NCBI RefSeq assembly: GCF_009914755.1
Contig: NC_060931.1
DNA: 64,000 bases
Direction: 5' to 3' (one strand)
Source: the human T2T-CHM13v2.0 reference genome, Homo sapiens
Part shown: positions 1 to 15,435 of the stretch, piece by piece
Layout: each line of letters starts with the position of its first letter
Numbering within the stretch: position 1 is the stretch's first letter
Position numbers and translations under genes: made by a program
The notes under the pieces: generated by a model
Told to the model about the DNA's origin: nothing
What the model saw: the letters and a program-made list of their open reading frames with translations, nothing else
Database searches by the model: none

Positions 1-194
1 ATATTTTACTAATTAGCAAACCCAAATGCTTAATATTTCCAATGAATGGAAGATTTGCCAGAGGTTTCAGAATTTGCCTTTTATCACGTCTCCTAGAAAT
101 AAGGTGGGACTTCCCAACTGTCTATCTAGAGCTTACTATAGCCCCACCCTCATTCCCATTTTAATTGCACTGAGGGAAGAAACTCATGCCTTTC

Positions 195-484
<290 letters not shown>

Positions 485-1078
485 GAAACTCATGCCTTTC
501 AATCCTCACTGCAGCTACATCCCTTAGAAGCACTATATTCACCAGAGGTAAATAATTACTTTATGTAGATTTAATTAACCTCAAATCGGCTAGTCTTGGC
601 CCCAAACCTTCTTTAGTCTCCCAAATCAGTCTAATATGAGAAATTGAATATGTTCAGCTTGATATGCTTTTGGGGTGTACATGCATCTATCTGCTTGGGG
701 TAGTAGATAAGCAACCACTACTTTGATGAGTGGAAGTTTCAACTGCTAGGAAAAAGTAGAAATAAACGAAGCCATCCCATCTAACAAGACAAAAAAAAAA
801 AAGAAAAAACACCCACAGGAAAGATAGTTGGATATCAGGTTGACATGCACTGTCTTTACTTTTAGGTTAAAAAATAAGATTAGAAAGAGTTGCTATCCTG
901 AGGCAAAGTGAACATTGTTTTTTTCATTTTGAATAAACCCAAGTTGTATTCAAATAATTTTTGCCACGACAGATAAACATTGAATAAAGAATGACTCATC
1001 TAATATGTGTTCCACTATATGTGAAAATAACAGGAAGAATGACAGTCTTCAAAATTTTTCTTTTAATATCTCCGAACA

Positions 1079-1371
<293 letters not shown>

Positions 1372-2491
1372 TTTAAACAAATTAAGTACAGGTTATTTTT
1401 AAATGGCATCATAAATTTTTAGTTTTATTTGGAAATTTAATTTGTTTACTATTTCAGCTTCCACAAACCCAATTTAATTAACCCATTCTATTCATGAAAA
1501 ATGTAGCATGAAAGTGTGAGAACAAGCAGATGGCTCACAGCAAGTTGCCAGGGACAATTCAGTCCCAGAAGGGTTCAGCAAGATCATCTAATGTAAAGAA
1601 CAACACACTTGTCTCAGGGTAAACTAATGTTTATTACCAGAGCATATTCTTTCTCAATAATATTTGGAAGCAGCTTGAAATATACAACCAAATATAGCAA
1701 TTTCACACTTAGATGTTTAAAAAGGTAATATTACCTTTCATATTTTCCCCAAATATTCAAGGATATCTGGGAGCACTGTTTAAAAAATCAAAAATGGAAG
1801 AAATCAGAAAATAACCAGAGAACAGGAAAGATGGTAGCTCCAAAACATTGCAAAGCACTTTAGACGAACCCTCCTCTAACTTGCCTGAATTTTGGATTGC
1901 TGATGCTCAGGAGAAACGGTGTAGAGGATGTCTTTTGGCTGCCTGCCATCCTCTGAACTGGGGCTGAAAAACCACTGAAGTACAATAATAATGGTAAATT
2001 ATTCTGTCTTGTTCCAAATGATTTTAATATTATTTGGAGAGCTTTCAAATGCTTTTGAATTAAGAGAATGATTGCAACCCTAAATTTTAGGAACGTGAGA
2101 AAACTTCAAATGATCCTATTAAAGTTGAAGTACTTTAACTTTTAAGATACGTGATTTTACAAATCTTTACACATTTCAAGGTCTACATAGATTTTTTAAA
2201 AATGTTCTTAAAGCTCTACCTTATTTGTTTTAAAGAAATTAATATGGACTCTTACTTAAATGTATAAGCTAAATGTATTTTCAAATCTTCAATAGCAGCA
2301 CATTAATTTATTAGTTTAAATACAGTTTTTGAGTAAACAAACTTAGAGCTCATGAATGGTACCAGATGGAGAACCAAAGTATTAGTGTCTGCCTTATTTT
2401 GACTGGCTAGGCAGCGAGTTGGGGAGCTTAGCTGTGCGCCATGCCTCAACCCTGACCTCCAGAGGCTGTTCTAAGAATTACAGAAGTTTTC

Positions 2492-3165
2492 TTTTTTAAT
2501 GCATTTACGTAATTTCAACTTTTATTTTAGGTTCAGGGACTAACATGTACAGGTTTGTTGCATGGGCATATTGCATGACACTGAGATTTGGTGTACAAAT
2601 GATTCTGTAATCCAGGTAGTGAACATATTATCCAATAGGTAGTTTTTCAGCCCTTGTCCCCCACTCTAGTAGACCCCGTGTCTATTGTTCCCATCTTTAT
2701 GTCCATATGTACCCAATGTTTAGCTTCCACTTGTAAGTGAGAACATGCAGTATTTGGTTTTCTGTTCCTGCATTAATTCGCTTAGGATGATGGCCCTCAG
2801 CTGCCTCCATGTTGCTGCAAAGGACATGATTTCATTCTTTTTATGGCCATGTAGTATTCCATGGTGTATATGTACCATATTTTCTTTATCCAATCCACTA
2901 TTGATAGGCACTAGGTTGATTCCATGTTTTTGCTATTGCGAATAGTATTGCGATAAACATAAGAGTGCATGTGTCTCTTTGGTATAATGATTTATGTTCC
3001 TTTGTGTATATACCTAGTAATGGGATTGCTGGGTTGAATCACAGTTTTAAATTCTTTAAGAAATCTCCAAACTGCTTTCCACAGTGGCTGAACTAATTTA
3101 CATTAGCACGAACAGTGTGTAAGCATTCCCTTCTCTCTGAAGCTTCACCAACATCTGTTATTTTG
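2492..3165 (-). mobile_element. L1 3' end (L1PA15/16-like), 5'-truncated
   Basis: Antisense L1 3'UTR and ORF2 C-terminus; ORF 2720-2911 gives IMSFAATW...IILSELMQEQKTKYCMFSL. Confidence 0.92.
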
Positions 3166-4222
3166 AAGAACAGAGGGTTTTCTAACAACAGTTGACTGAA
3201 CTTTAGTAAAGCTATCAAATTTGTCTACCTGCTTTAGTTAACATGTCCCAGATCACAGCAAACAGATGAGGGAATTATCCTGTTTTAATCTAGAGAGAAC
3301 AATACCAAACATCTGTCATTTCCAATGCAATCCTTGACAGTTTCCAAGTGGCTGGAATTTCTGACCTATTCAAGTACTGCCGTTAACACTTTATTCACTC
3401 TTCTTTCTATTCCTTATGAAGAATAATTCACCAATATTCTCTTTATTCTTGAGGATGATCACCAAGATGGTTCTCAGTTTTTCTGAATAACCCTTTAATC
3501 TTTTTCTATGGGTCTTATTTTCTAAACTTTATTTTTGTGTGTCTACTACAAGAAGACCTTTGTTAGATAACCAGTTGACATTAAAGATCATGTAGTAACA
3601 ATGAAGGAAATAAATTTATTTATGGTCCTTTAGGGAATTTTTATACATTTATACCTACATGCCATCAAAAAGCCCATCCTGGAAAGTCAGTTAATTAGTT
3701 CACAAACATGCTACTAATGAGATTTAAATCACATGAAGACATGTTTCTTAAAACTTACTGAAATACCCCAAAATGTTACCTTGACATATACGTATAAATA
3801 GGATGGTGTCGGATAACACATGGGATCTTGTTTGCCAGAAATTGACCACTAAGATTCATGCTGGGCACACACTACTCATATTTAAGATCAGACGACTTAC
3901 AACTACCAGGACCAACTCTTCTTTGAAGGGCTTATTGAGATGTACAGTTTTGGCAGAACTCCATATAACTACCACCACACCTCCACCACTACCCCATTAC
4001 CCCCTAAAGTTCCACTTTCCCATTCCCAAGGTATGTAGAATAGGAATCCCATAAATGAACCGATTTGGGCCTGTGGAAGTTGGTGGTATTGAGAACTACA
4101 GCCTTGCTGAGGTTCACAACCACAACCTGAGGGAAAGAGGTAGATACCTTAGAAGAATGTGGTAAGAGCCTTCAAAGAGTCTTGGTATTTAAAAGAGCTG
4201 AACTGATTGAGTGTAAGCACCC

Positions 4223-4585
4223 TGATATAGTTTGAATATTTGACCCCTACAAATCTCACGTTAAAATGCAATCCCCAATGTTGGAGTTGGGGCCTAGTGG
4301 GAGGTGTTTGGGTCACGGGGGCAGATCCCTCATGAATAGCTTTGTACTGTCCTGAGGTAATGAGTGAGTTCTCACTCTATTTGGTCACGCAAGAGCTGTT
4401 TGTTCAAAAGAACACTGTATCCCTTCCCTCTCTCTATCTCACATTCTCCTCTCTCCCCATGACACACCAGCTCCCCATCCGCTTCTACCATGACAGAAGC
4501 TTCCTAAAGCCCTCAAGAGGAGCGAATGCTGGCACAATGTTTTTTGCATAGTCTGCGGAACCATGAGCCAAACAAACTTCCATTT
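4223..4585 (+). mobile_element. MST (MaLR) solo LTR, MSTB-like
   Basis: Starts tgatatagtttgaatatttg...aaatctcacgttaaaatgcaatccccaatgttggag; terminal part lost. Confidence 0.88.
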
Positions 4586-5314
4586 AGCAATTTGTTAAAA
4601 TATATGGTCAACAGACCTGCCTTCTATGTCACATCTGTATAAAACCGCCTATATGCTAGTGATTGAAAAGTGTCTGTTCCAACTCTACTTTAATATGGTT
4701 TCATCCAAGGGTGAGCTACATACCTACTGTCCCATAAAGACAAACTACAAACACCAAAATCTCTTTGGGCCCCTCTTCATTTGTTCCTCATCTCCTGCTT
4801 CAGTACAGTTCATCTTTTTATCCTGATTCTTGGCCTCAGACTCATTTTTTTAAGCTTACTTTTCCCACTTTGGATCTGGCATTTGTATCTGATCTCTTTG
4901 GCTCCTGGCTTATGGCTCTGACATGGATTCCTCAACCAATTATCCCTGTTTATTTCCCTTGGTGGACATAAATAAGACCCTCTAAGTGTAACCCCCAACT
5001 CCAACCATTCATCTAGATTTAACCTTCTCATGGAGGTTTAAGCACCCACAGAAAAATGTGTAAGCTCCACAAATAGGCCCATTTCAAAAAGTTTTCTCAT
5101 CGTTAGCGATCTTAATCCAGTGAAAATGGCAGATGCCAAAGATTCTTTCCAGTCTTCCAATTACTATTCTTAATCTTAAAAAGCACACAGGATACAGATA
5201 ATGTAAGAATTAAAGTGAGTAATGACAGAGTCATGATGGCACAAAGAGTATGTGATGACACAGGTAGGCTGGAGGCCCATCACAGCTGCTGAGCCCACTG
5301 CTGTTTATTGGGAC

Positions 5315-6061
5315 CAGTGACTCTCAACAGGCAGGTACTGTCCCATAGCCATAAAGGAGTTCTAAAATGCTGTGTGGTTGGAAGCAGTATTTTTGGCTGT
5401 CAGTGATTGAAAGGTGCTATTGAATTTGGTGGGTACAAGCCAGAGTGCAATGCACTGGGAAGTCCAGATAAATGAAGAATTGTGCCACATTCGACAGAAT
5501 CTGTGAATAATGTGCCTGACATTAAATAGGTGAAAAACTTCACATATCATTATCTAAGCCTAGAATCAACCTCCTCATGACAAAAATACATGAAGTACTT
5601 TTTACACAATTTTAATCATGCCAAATTTTCCCAAGAATGCTACTACCATGCAAATTAGGGGAATTATTTTACTTTGCGTTCTTCAGAATTTTACAAAGAA
5701 AATATCACCATTTCACATAAATATATCATAGACAGCAATGTTGTTTGTGGAAGTTGAATCACTAATACAGCGTGTGTGCCGATCTATATCTGTGGTCATT
5801 TTGTTTGTAGTGATTCTTCGTAAATGCAATCATACTTCTCTGTTATATCTTTTAATACAGTCATCCCTAATTGTTTACATATTGCAGTGGCATTATTTAT
5901 TATAAATCACTTTCCTTGTATTTATCGTTTATATTTTAGTTTAAGATATTTTATTGATTGGTTTGCAAAATTATGTATTATCATTTAAGGGTAGCAAAAG
6001 GGATATTGCAAATTATTTTTTATAAAAGGGGCGTTGGGGATGGTATGGTTGGCAACCACTG
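5315..6061 (+). mobile_element. MER20B hAT-Charlie DNA transposon fossil, near full length
   Basis: Terminal inverted repeats cagtgactctcaac / gttggcaaccactg; internal gaagaattgtgcc, gtaggtgaaaaac-like and taagcctagaa motifs match my recall of MER20B. Confidence 0.8.
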
Positions 6062-8745
6062 ATTTTGTCTGTCTCACAGTTCCAAAATCAGTCCTACTTT
6101 CTCACATCTCAATTGCCATTTCTCTACCAACAAATAAAACCAAATAAAGTCAAGCTAAAGATGGCAAATAATATTTTCTAAATAGGAAAAGAGATTTTAA
6201 GAAATTATTGGTTAAATCATCAAAGATTTACTTTTTTTTCTAAAAGTGTTGCTAAACTCAAGCAGTCTCTCTGCGGTGTGGAGTTGGGGACAGATACCAA
6301 AGGGGGTGGACAAGCTCAGAATTCATCAGGAAGTCAGTCCTGAAGGTGATGTACTGGTGAAAAAATTTGTTTTTAAGAGCTTTTAAGAAGTCAGAATCTG
6401 CACTCAAATTGTTTCATGGGTCCTTGGAAGTTTGTTTTCTTCATATCTGTTATATTCATGACAGAATCAAGGATGGCAGCAAGGACCCACAGAAATCAGC
6501 CTCCCAATCCAAACTGAGCTCATGTCACAGACCCCAGCTCTGGGGTTTGGGTTGAGAAAGTAAACTGGAGAAGAGTTCTATTCAGCATAATCACCTAACT
6601 CCATTTCTTTGGGAGAAAATACCATACCGTGGACAAAATAACAAACCTATTTTAAAGCATATTTATTAAAACGTTTCTATATTAGGAAAGATATGCCTTT
6701 TAGTATAACTACAGAACTAAAAATTTTAATCTCCTATAAATGCTTTCTCACCAATAAGAACTAGGGAGACAAGAAAAGTTTGTTAACTGTTTTCCTCCAA
6801 AAGAAAGCAGCATAGTGAGGATGAGATTTACATTACCAAGCCATTGGCTCAATCTCCCATCTCTTCTACTTGTTACTATTGTTCTCTGAACAGAGATGAA
6901 TGTTTCAATTTTTGATGAACATTTAAAAATATCAGTTTTATATTAATGCTTTGCCAAGTTTGTATAGATCAGCCAATTAAAACTCAATATAATCATTATC
7001 TGGAAGTAGCTTTGGGAATAATCATTAATTAAGTAAATTAGTTATTTCATTTTAATGAAGAGAAGAAAAATATTTTCCAAGGGAATACTCCTTTAATTAA
7101 TAGATTTGTTCTCCCAGTTGTAAGACATTAGCATTCACATTTTGCCTCTGCTCAATAGCGAGACATCACTTTTATCATTAAGAGAAGAAAATTATGACTA
7201 ACCCTCAACAACAGAAATACTGCCTGGAAAAATGAGGATTTATCTGATTAAGGCTTTCAAAATGACTTCTGAGATGGTGATTTATTATTTCACATTCCAG
7301 GAAAAGAAGAGACAACTGCAGCTATAGTTAGCAAGTATATTAGCACACCTACATTCCAGAATGTCTTTCAGACTAAGTATTTATTGAAACATTTGTCATG
7401 TGAACACACTTAAGGGTAGGAGGTTAGAAAAGGAATGTACCAGTCATAGGCATTTTAATATGCAACATTTCTTATATTCATTTTTTCATGTAGCAATTTA
7501 TAAAAGCATCTCTGAAACATCTTTTTAAAGATATTCTCCCTTGAGTTGTCTAGGACAAAAACTAGTAGACAGTCATTGTTCAGGTACAACAGGTATCTAT
7601 TTTCTATATCTTGTATGCATATGTTATTCTCATAGGCAGCCTTGACTCATTTGATATTTTTAACTGGAAGGAAGGAACTCCTATTACTTGGAAAACAGAA
7701 TGCCCAGCCCACCTTGCCTCCAGCAAATACTCCCTGTACTCACTTCATGGAGGTGTAAAAATCCAGAGTGCTAGGTCACTTATGGAAGTAATAATGTATA
7801 TTCCTGGGGCTGAGTACAGGCTGTGTAACTTATTCTACATACTGGTACTCAACATATCTTACTTATTTACAATGTATAAGAACATAGGACCCAAAATCAG
7901 TTACTAGATTTGTATCCTTTATTTACTAGATTTGTGAGCAGGACCAAGTTACATAAACTCTCTCAAACTCTGTTATCCAAGTATAGCACAAAGTATGAAA
8001 TAGCAAGCACTCAGTAAATGCTGTCTCTTATTACTGTTGTTGGTGTTGTTACATATGTACATCATGCATACAGAAATTAAAATTACATTAAAGAAGAGAT
8101 TCATGAACTTTCACAAAACATTATGTAACCCACTTGTAACCCTCCCTGCTTCAGGAGTTGCCTTTCTTTGGTGCATTCGGCTAGTGGGAGGCTACCTTTT
8201 GTCCTTTCCTAAGCCATCCCCTTAGGACCCTTTTTGTGCTTCTCTCAGCTTCCCTTGCTTCACAGAGACTACTGGCCTTCCAGAATCAGTGTTGATGCCA
8301 CAACTTTGGCAAGACTAAATATTCCTTAACTTCTCATTACTTAACGGTCCACAGTGCTAATTCACAATGCTACAGAAGTATACCAGAAACTATATGTATT
8401 ACTGTATATGACTGTTACTCTTGGTGACTTTTTCAATGATCACAGCAACAATCAGGATCCTGCTCACTTTTTAGCAGTCTCCTGTGTAAATCAGTTACCA
8501 AATGACCAGTGGGACACTTGTGTCTTAATGCTGTGTATGATTCAGGGACCGTGACAGAACCCTAGGGGAGATAGGGACTTTGAGGAAGAACCAAGGTCAA
8601 GTCTGTCTATCAATCTGGTGGAATGGGGAACCCGAGTCTTGAGTGAAGTAGTTACTAGAGAAGAAAAAAAAGCAGTATTTCTTGCTCATCTGAATGTATA
8701 GCATGAAAGAGTGTAAATATGCCAAATATTTAAAGTAGTTTTTTC

Positions 8746-9042
8746 AGCCAGGCACAGTGGCTCACACTTGTAATCCCAGCACTTCGGGGAGGCCAAGGCA
8801 GGAGGATTACCTGAGGTCAGGGGTTCGAGATCAGCCAGGCCAACATGGTGAAACCCCATCTCTACTAAAAATACAAAAATTAGCCAGTCATGGTGGCGCA
8901 TGCCTGTAATCCCAGCAAGTCAGGAGGCTGAAGCAGAATTGCTTGAGCCAGGGAGAGGGAGGGTTTCAGTGAGCTGAGATCGTGCCACTGCACTCTGGCC
9001 TGGCCAACAGAGCAAGACTCTGTTTCAAAAAAAAAAAAAAAA
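8746..9042 (+). mobile_element. AluS SINE
   Basis: Dimeric Alu with cctgaggtcagg, A-rich linker and poly-A. Confidence 0.96.
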
Positions 9043-9067
9043 GTTATTTACAAAGTGTGAAAAAAAA

Positions 9068-9097
9068 GAAGAAGAAGAAGAAGAAGAAGAAGAAGAA
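9068..9097 (+). repeat. (GAA)10 microsatellite
   Basis: Direct reading. Confidence 0.97.
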
Positions 9098-9236
9098 ATA
9101 TACCAGAAGTATACCAGAAAGGCAGAGGCTAAATTAAAGAAATGAGAACACTGGAGAGAAACTAAAAGTCACATGGTAAAAGAATGCCTACAGTCCATGG
9201 AAAAAGAAAGTCTCTGGTGTTTTTTTTTTTGTTTTT

Positions 9237-9240
<4 letters not shown>

Positions 9241-9276
<36 letters not shown>
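9241..9276 (+). repeat. (TG)18 microsatellite
   Basis: Direct reading. Confidence 0.97.
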
Positions 9277-9282
<6 letters not shown>

Positions 9283-9687
9283 ACAGATTACCCCCTTATA
9301 GGGACAGCCCAATTGCTCTCCTTGCTTCTGTGGCTTGACAGCTGCCTTTCTTTCTTCTCCTAGAAGTGTCTCTTTCATTACAGAGCCAGTGTCCACCACA
9401 CTCTAGAGAAACATCATCATTCCCTGCCCAAAGGTGTTGTCTCTTTTGAGGATTAATCTCTTTTCTCTTACCATATCTTACATAGGATACAATGTACTAT
9501 GATGCTTTTCCCAAAGACTGACTCATTCAAGTTAGAATTACACCTTCAGGGATGGCTAGTTATGCACACAGAGAACATAGGTTGGGCTCCACTTTCCCAA
9601 GTCCTAGTGTCTTCCAAGATTTCTCTACTACTGTTAGAAGATAATCTTTCTCATTCTTCAAAGATAACCAGTAAGGAACAATTATTT

Positions 9688-9690
<3 letters not shown>

Positions 9691-9720
<30 letters not shown>
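9691..9720 (+). repeat. (CA)15 microsatellite
   Basis: Direct reading. Confidence 0.97.
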
Positions 9721-9723
<3 letters not shown>

Positions 9724-10325
9724 TTCGAGGAGTGTGGGGGAAGAAAAGAAAAAAAAATCAGGGTCAGTTAAGATTGAAGAAAGCAATTTCCTAAAATCAA
9801 AACAAAGTACAAAGTCTATAACCCACAAAGATGACAGCCCATTACGTTACTGTGCATAGCAGCATCAGTCCCCTTTTGTCATCTATTTGAGACACCTGAA
9901 TTACAACCTGGGGCCACTCATCCTGTAGAGATTTCAACACTTCAATTGTCCGCCCATCTTAGCCAGTGAGATTCCAGGAGCCAAGGACCTGTGCATATGG
10001 CTGCAGTTGCTTCTCCACCAGGAGCCAAAAGAAATCTTAATAGAAAGACTTTTGATTTTTGTGGCCAAATTATTAAATTACCTTATTAGGTGTAGTGAAT
10101 TTAGTTGATTCTTTTAGATTTTCTAGGTATAAATAATAGCACTGTAAATTATGATCGTTCAAATATCATATGCTTCTTAGCTAATATTTATGCTTCAACT
10201 TTTATGGCCAAATTATTCTTAGAGGAAGAAATCTTATATACTCTTTAATGGTTGATGTTGTTAGAGAAATATAGGTTTAAATATTAGTCAAACGTATTTG
10301 TTGCTTGAAAGCAACCACCAGTCTT

Positions 10326-10712
10326 TGTACATTATACCATGGAATACTACGCAGCCATGAAAGAGTGAAATCATGTTCTTTGCAGCAACGTGGATGGATC
10401 TAGAGGCCATTATCCTACGCAAATTAATACAAGAATAGGAAACCAAATACTGCATTTTCCCACTTACAAGTGAGAGCTAAACATTGAGTATATATGGACA
10501 TAAAGATGGGAACAATAGACACCAGAGACTACTAGAGGCAGGTGAAAGGGAGGGGGCAAAGGCCGAATTAACTACCTGTTGGGTACTAACTAGCTGGGTA
10601 ACAGGACCATTTGCAGCCCAAACTTCAACATCATACAATATTTCCATGTAACCAACCTGCACATGTGCCCCCTGAATCTAAAATAAAAGTTGAAATTATT
10701 GTTTTAAAAAAA
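10326..10712 (+). mobile_element. L1 3' end (L1PA15/16-like)
   Basis: ccatggaatactacgcagccat...aacctgcacatgtgccccctgaatctaaaataaaagtt plus A tail; degenerate TSD gaaagcaaccaccagt / gaaagaaaccactagt. Confidence 0.92.
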
Positions 10713-10857
10713 GAAAGAAACCACTAGTGTAATAGAAATAGAATGTAGCTTTTTAAATCAACAAAATAAAATGAAATAAAATAATGTATTCAATCAAGAA
10801 AAAGGACAAGAAAAGAAGAATATGGCAAATAAATCAAATAATAATAAAAAGAAAATA

Positions 10858-12190
<1,333 letters not shown>

Positions 12191-12224
12191 AACAACATAC
12201 ATTTGTTTCTTTGTCTTGAATATG

Positions 12225-12589
12225 TGGATGGGCTGGAGTTTTAGTGACCCAGACTGGGTTCATCTGGGTGTGGTTCCAACCTTCATCTGGGTTCCGGGTC
12301 TCTCCCATCTGTCTGTCATCCTCCGAGGAACAGCAGCTACCCAAGACATGTTCTTCTCATGGCGACAGGCAGGAGTGCAAGAGGCAAACTTCTCTGTGCA
12401 AGCATATTTCACACCTCTGCTCAGGTCGCATCCAGTAATATCCCATTAGTCAAGAAAGTCACATGGCCAAATCAGAGGTCAAAGATTAGGAATGTACACT
12501 TGACCCAATATGAGGCCATGGTAAGGTTGTGGGTGTATGGTATTATTCCAGGGTAATGAAGAATTGGGACCAATAGTTCAATCTACCTC
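12225..12589 (-). mobile_element. MLT1J-like MaLR LTR
   Basis: catgttcttctcatggc...gcaagaggc...aagtcacatggccaa...gaagaattgggaccaatagttcaatctacctca. Confidence 0.7.
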
Positions 12590-13971
12590 AAATGGAAAGG
12601 AAGATTCTTCAAAATTTAATTTTAAAAGCACAGCTTACTGTAAGTTTATGGAGAGGATAGCAGAATAGCATGGCATTAGGATCCCAAAGCTTGACGAATA
12701 ATTTTCTTTTTCTTCTATTAATTTTTTTCAGGGAATTGGTGGAGAGGTCAGGGTAGGCAGCATCAGATAGAATACAGATTTGCAAATTACAAAAATGTTA
12801 CTGATTCCACCAAGCTCTTTTCATATTGTATCTCCACCTACAATTCTATTTTGAATTCCAGTATAAAGTTCTCCTTTTATTTTTAAAGTCATTGCTATTC
12901 ATAATATCCTTGAGAATCATGGATACATTAAGTAATAATGTTCCCATCTTGTAGGAAAAGAAATAGAGGGCCTATGTTTATGTACCTTGTTTCCTCTCCG
13001 AACAGCATACAGATATACCAATGATTATCAGTTTCTCATACAAGGCATTTGATATATAACTTTTCTGTACGGTCAAGAAATAACATGGGGACACTGACAC
13101 CAAAGGAAGTTAAGAGTTTGCAGTGTGTCATATGGGTAGATAGAAACGCATCTTATACAAGGACTTTGAATATAGGATTACTAATTCATATTCTTCCTGC
13201 GGTGTCCCTAGAATGGAGAGATTTGAGTTTCTCTGTGCAGTAACATGTTTTAAAAAGTGTTTTCAACTGTATACAATGAATTTTCAATTCTAGCCTATCA
13301 TGACACTTTAGGTTAGGTATTCTACCATTCCTGTGCCATGCTCACTTTGGGGTTATGTTTCTTCCATTTCCACAATAGCGATGGTCAGCTTTAAAGAATA
13401 AGCAAGCCACTAAATGGCACTACTTATGCCAAGATAGCTTTTTACTATTTAGTCTCCTTTATCAGTGCACAGACTTAAAAAATCAGAATTCTATTTAAGA
13501 TAGCAGCTTGACCTAGGCCTAATTCACAAAGCTCTCATTGTACTGGTTTTTGAGCTGCAAGTCCCTATAAAGATCACAAGTCCTTCAACTTAGACCAATG
13601 TAGAGTCTGAAGGTGTACATGGGAAGTGTCTTGGACCCAAGGAGAGACATCAACTCTCATTTTTTTCTGTCTTAAGGGAGGAGGCAAAAATTCACTTCTC
13701 AAGGTTGAACTTCTGAGTTTCTTAAACAATAAATGTGTAATTTAACCTACAGGATTTCTGCAGTTGGGAAGAAGCAAAGAAGTAGGATATGTAACTTTTT
13801 TTTTGTTTACTGGCTTTTCATGACATGCATATCTATTGAAATTTAGGTTTTTAAAAAATTAAACTGGGAATTAAGAAGAGAGATGGGGTGATGTTTAGCT
13901 AAGACTAAAACACTAGTTTATCAGAGACCTCAGAGGATACATAATTTTTATTTCTGGGTAGGAGAGGAGTG

Positions 13972-14095
13972 GGGGCCATGACTAGAGGTGAGGGAGGCAC
14001 CTACCTGCCTTGTGTGCAAAATTTAAGGGAGCACCAAAAAACTCTGTAATCAAGATCAGTAATGTTTCCATACAACATTTAAACTCAAAATTGTC
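13972..14095 (+). mobile_element. hAT-Tip100 (MER96B-like) fragment
   Basis: gactagaggtgagg...gcaaaatttaagggagcaccaaaaaactctgtaatcaagat. Confidence 0.55.
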
Positions 14096-14144
14096 AATCT
14101 ACTACTCCCTGATTTAATCAGGTTGCCTGATTTTAACTAAAGTT

Positions 14145-14212
14145 TTATTGGACTGAAGAATAATGATAGATAAACCTTATTGGACTGAAGAAAATTATAA
14201 TGATAGATAAAC
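14145..14212 (+). repeat. Tandem duplication of ~31-36 bp
   Basis: ttattggactgaagaa[aatta]taatgatagataaac twice; first copy lacks aatta. Confidence 0.9.
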
Positions 14213-15348
14213 TTTAAGACATTGTGTAATATTCACAGCAAAACTAGAGTTTTCCAAAAGAAAGCTGGCAAAGTTCCCCTCTGAGCAGCTATCAGTGGCT
14301 GGGGGCACTTGTCAGCTGCTGGATTTTTGTTGTTGTTGTTGTTATTGTTTTGCTGGTTTTGCTTTGCCTACTCTTGCTGGAGGAAGAACATAGGAGTATC
14401 ATATAGTATGCAGAGTTACTGAGGCCTATCTGGATGAGGGAAAAAAATTAAAAATGATACTTAACCAAACAGTTAAACTGGATTTTGGTTCAACAAATTT
14501 CAAAATGGCATTTTCCAAGTGGTTAGCATTCCTTTTTAAAGTTGAACACAGGGAAATATTTTTTAAATTATCTTTATTCAATCTAAACAGAAAATATAAA
14601 CAAGCCCAGAGCCTACTAGATGAATAATCTAAATGAGAATGAAGTTAAATTGGCAACATAACTCAGAGTGCACAATAATAAGGCCCAGATGCAATGCTAC
14701 ACATAGGGTTTCAGTGAGTTTCTTCCAACCTTTAAAATCACCCTCTGTTTCAAGAATCATTTCCTAGTAAGTTATATCTAAAATATAGGTCTCAGTTTTA
14801 GATATCTTTAGCTAGTAAAAATCAGTTGATTTAAGACTTATCTCTCATTTGTGTGGGCCAGTTCTATTCTTAATTTTGCTGGACTATTAGAGCAAGAAAA
14901 AACCAGAGAGATTAATACATATGAGCCCTGGTTTCCTCACATGTTAACTGAAAGTAGGTATCTGTGGGCTTCAAACATAAAAGATACTAATGAAAAAGTT
15001 CTGCCAAAAAGAGCTATAGACTGCATACAAACCGTAGTTTTATTACATTTTGTTGGTTAATTCATCCAACATTCAACAAATGATTTTTCAGTATTATTAT
15101 ATGGCAGGTTCTGCTCTGGGAACAGAGAATTAAGTAGTGAACAGAAATCTTTGTCCTCATGGAGACTGAACATAATTGTAATTAAGTTAACATGATTTAA
15201 ATGACTTTTTTTCCTGGTTAATATACTTTGGAATAAGTTACCCTTTTTATCTTTTTCAGTTGATTTGGCTTTATCTTTATCCTAATAGCTTAGACTGTTT
15301 GTTAAAGAAAAATTACATTTGGTTCATTCATAATATGCAAGTATCAAT

Positions 15349-15435
15349 AATACATAGTTTTAAACATGTATAATACTTAAACATAGTTTTAAACATGTAT
15401 AAAAATACATGGTTTTAAACATGTATAATATACTT
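15349..15435 (+). repeat. ~29-bp minisatellite, 3 copies
   Basis: Core acat(a/g)gttttaaacatgtataa repeated three times. Confidence 0.88.

Larger units (their letters stand above)
8390..9097 (+). other. Putative retroposed orphan insert (unique sequence + Alu + A/GAA tail) between 17-bp direct repeats
   Basis: cagaagtataccagaaa at 8373-8389 and 9104-9120; A8(GAA)10 tail just before the second copy. Confidence 0.55.
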
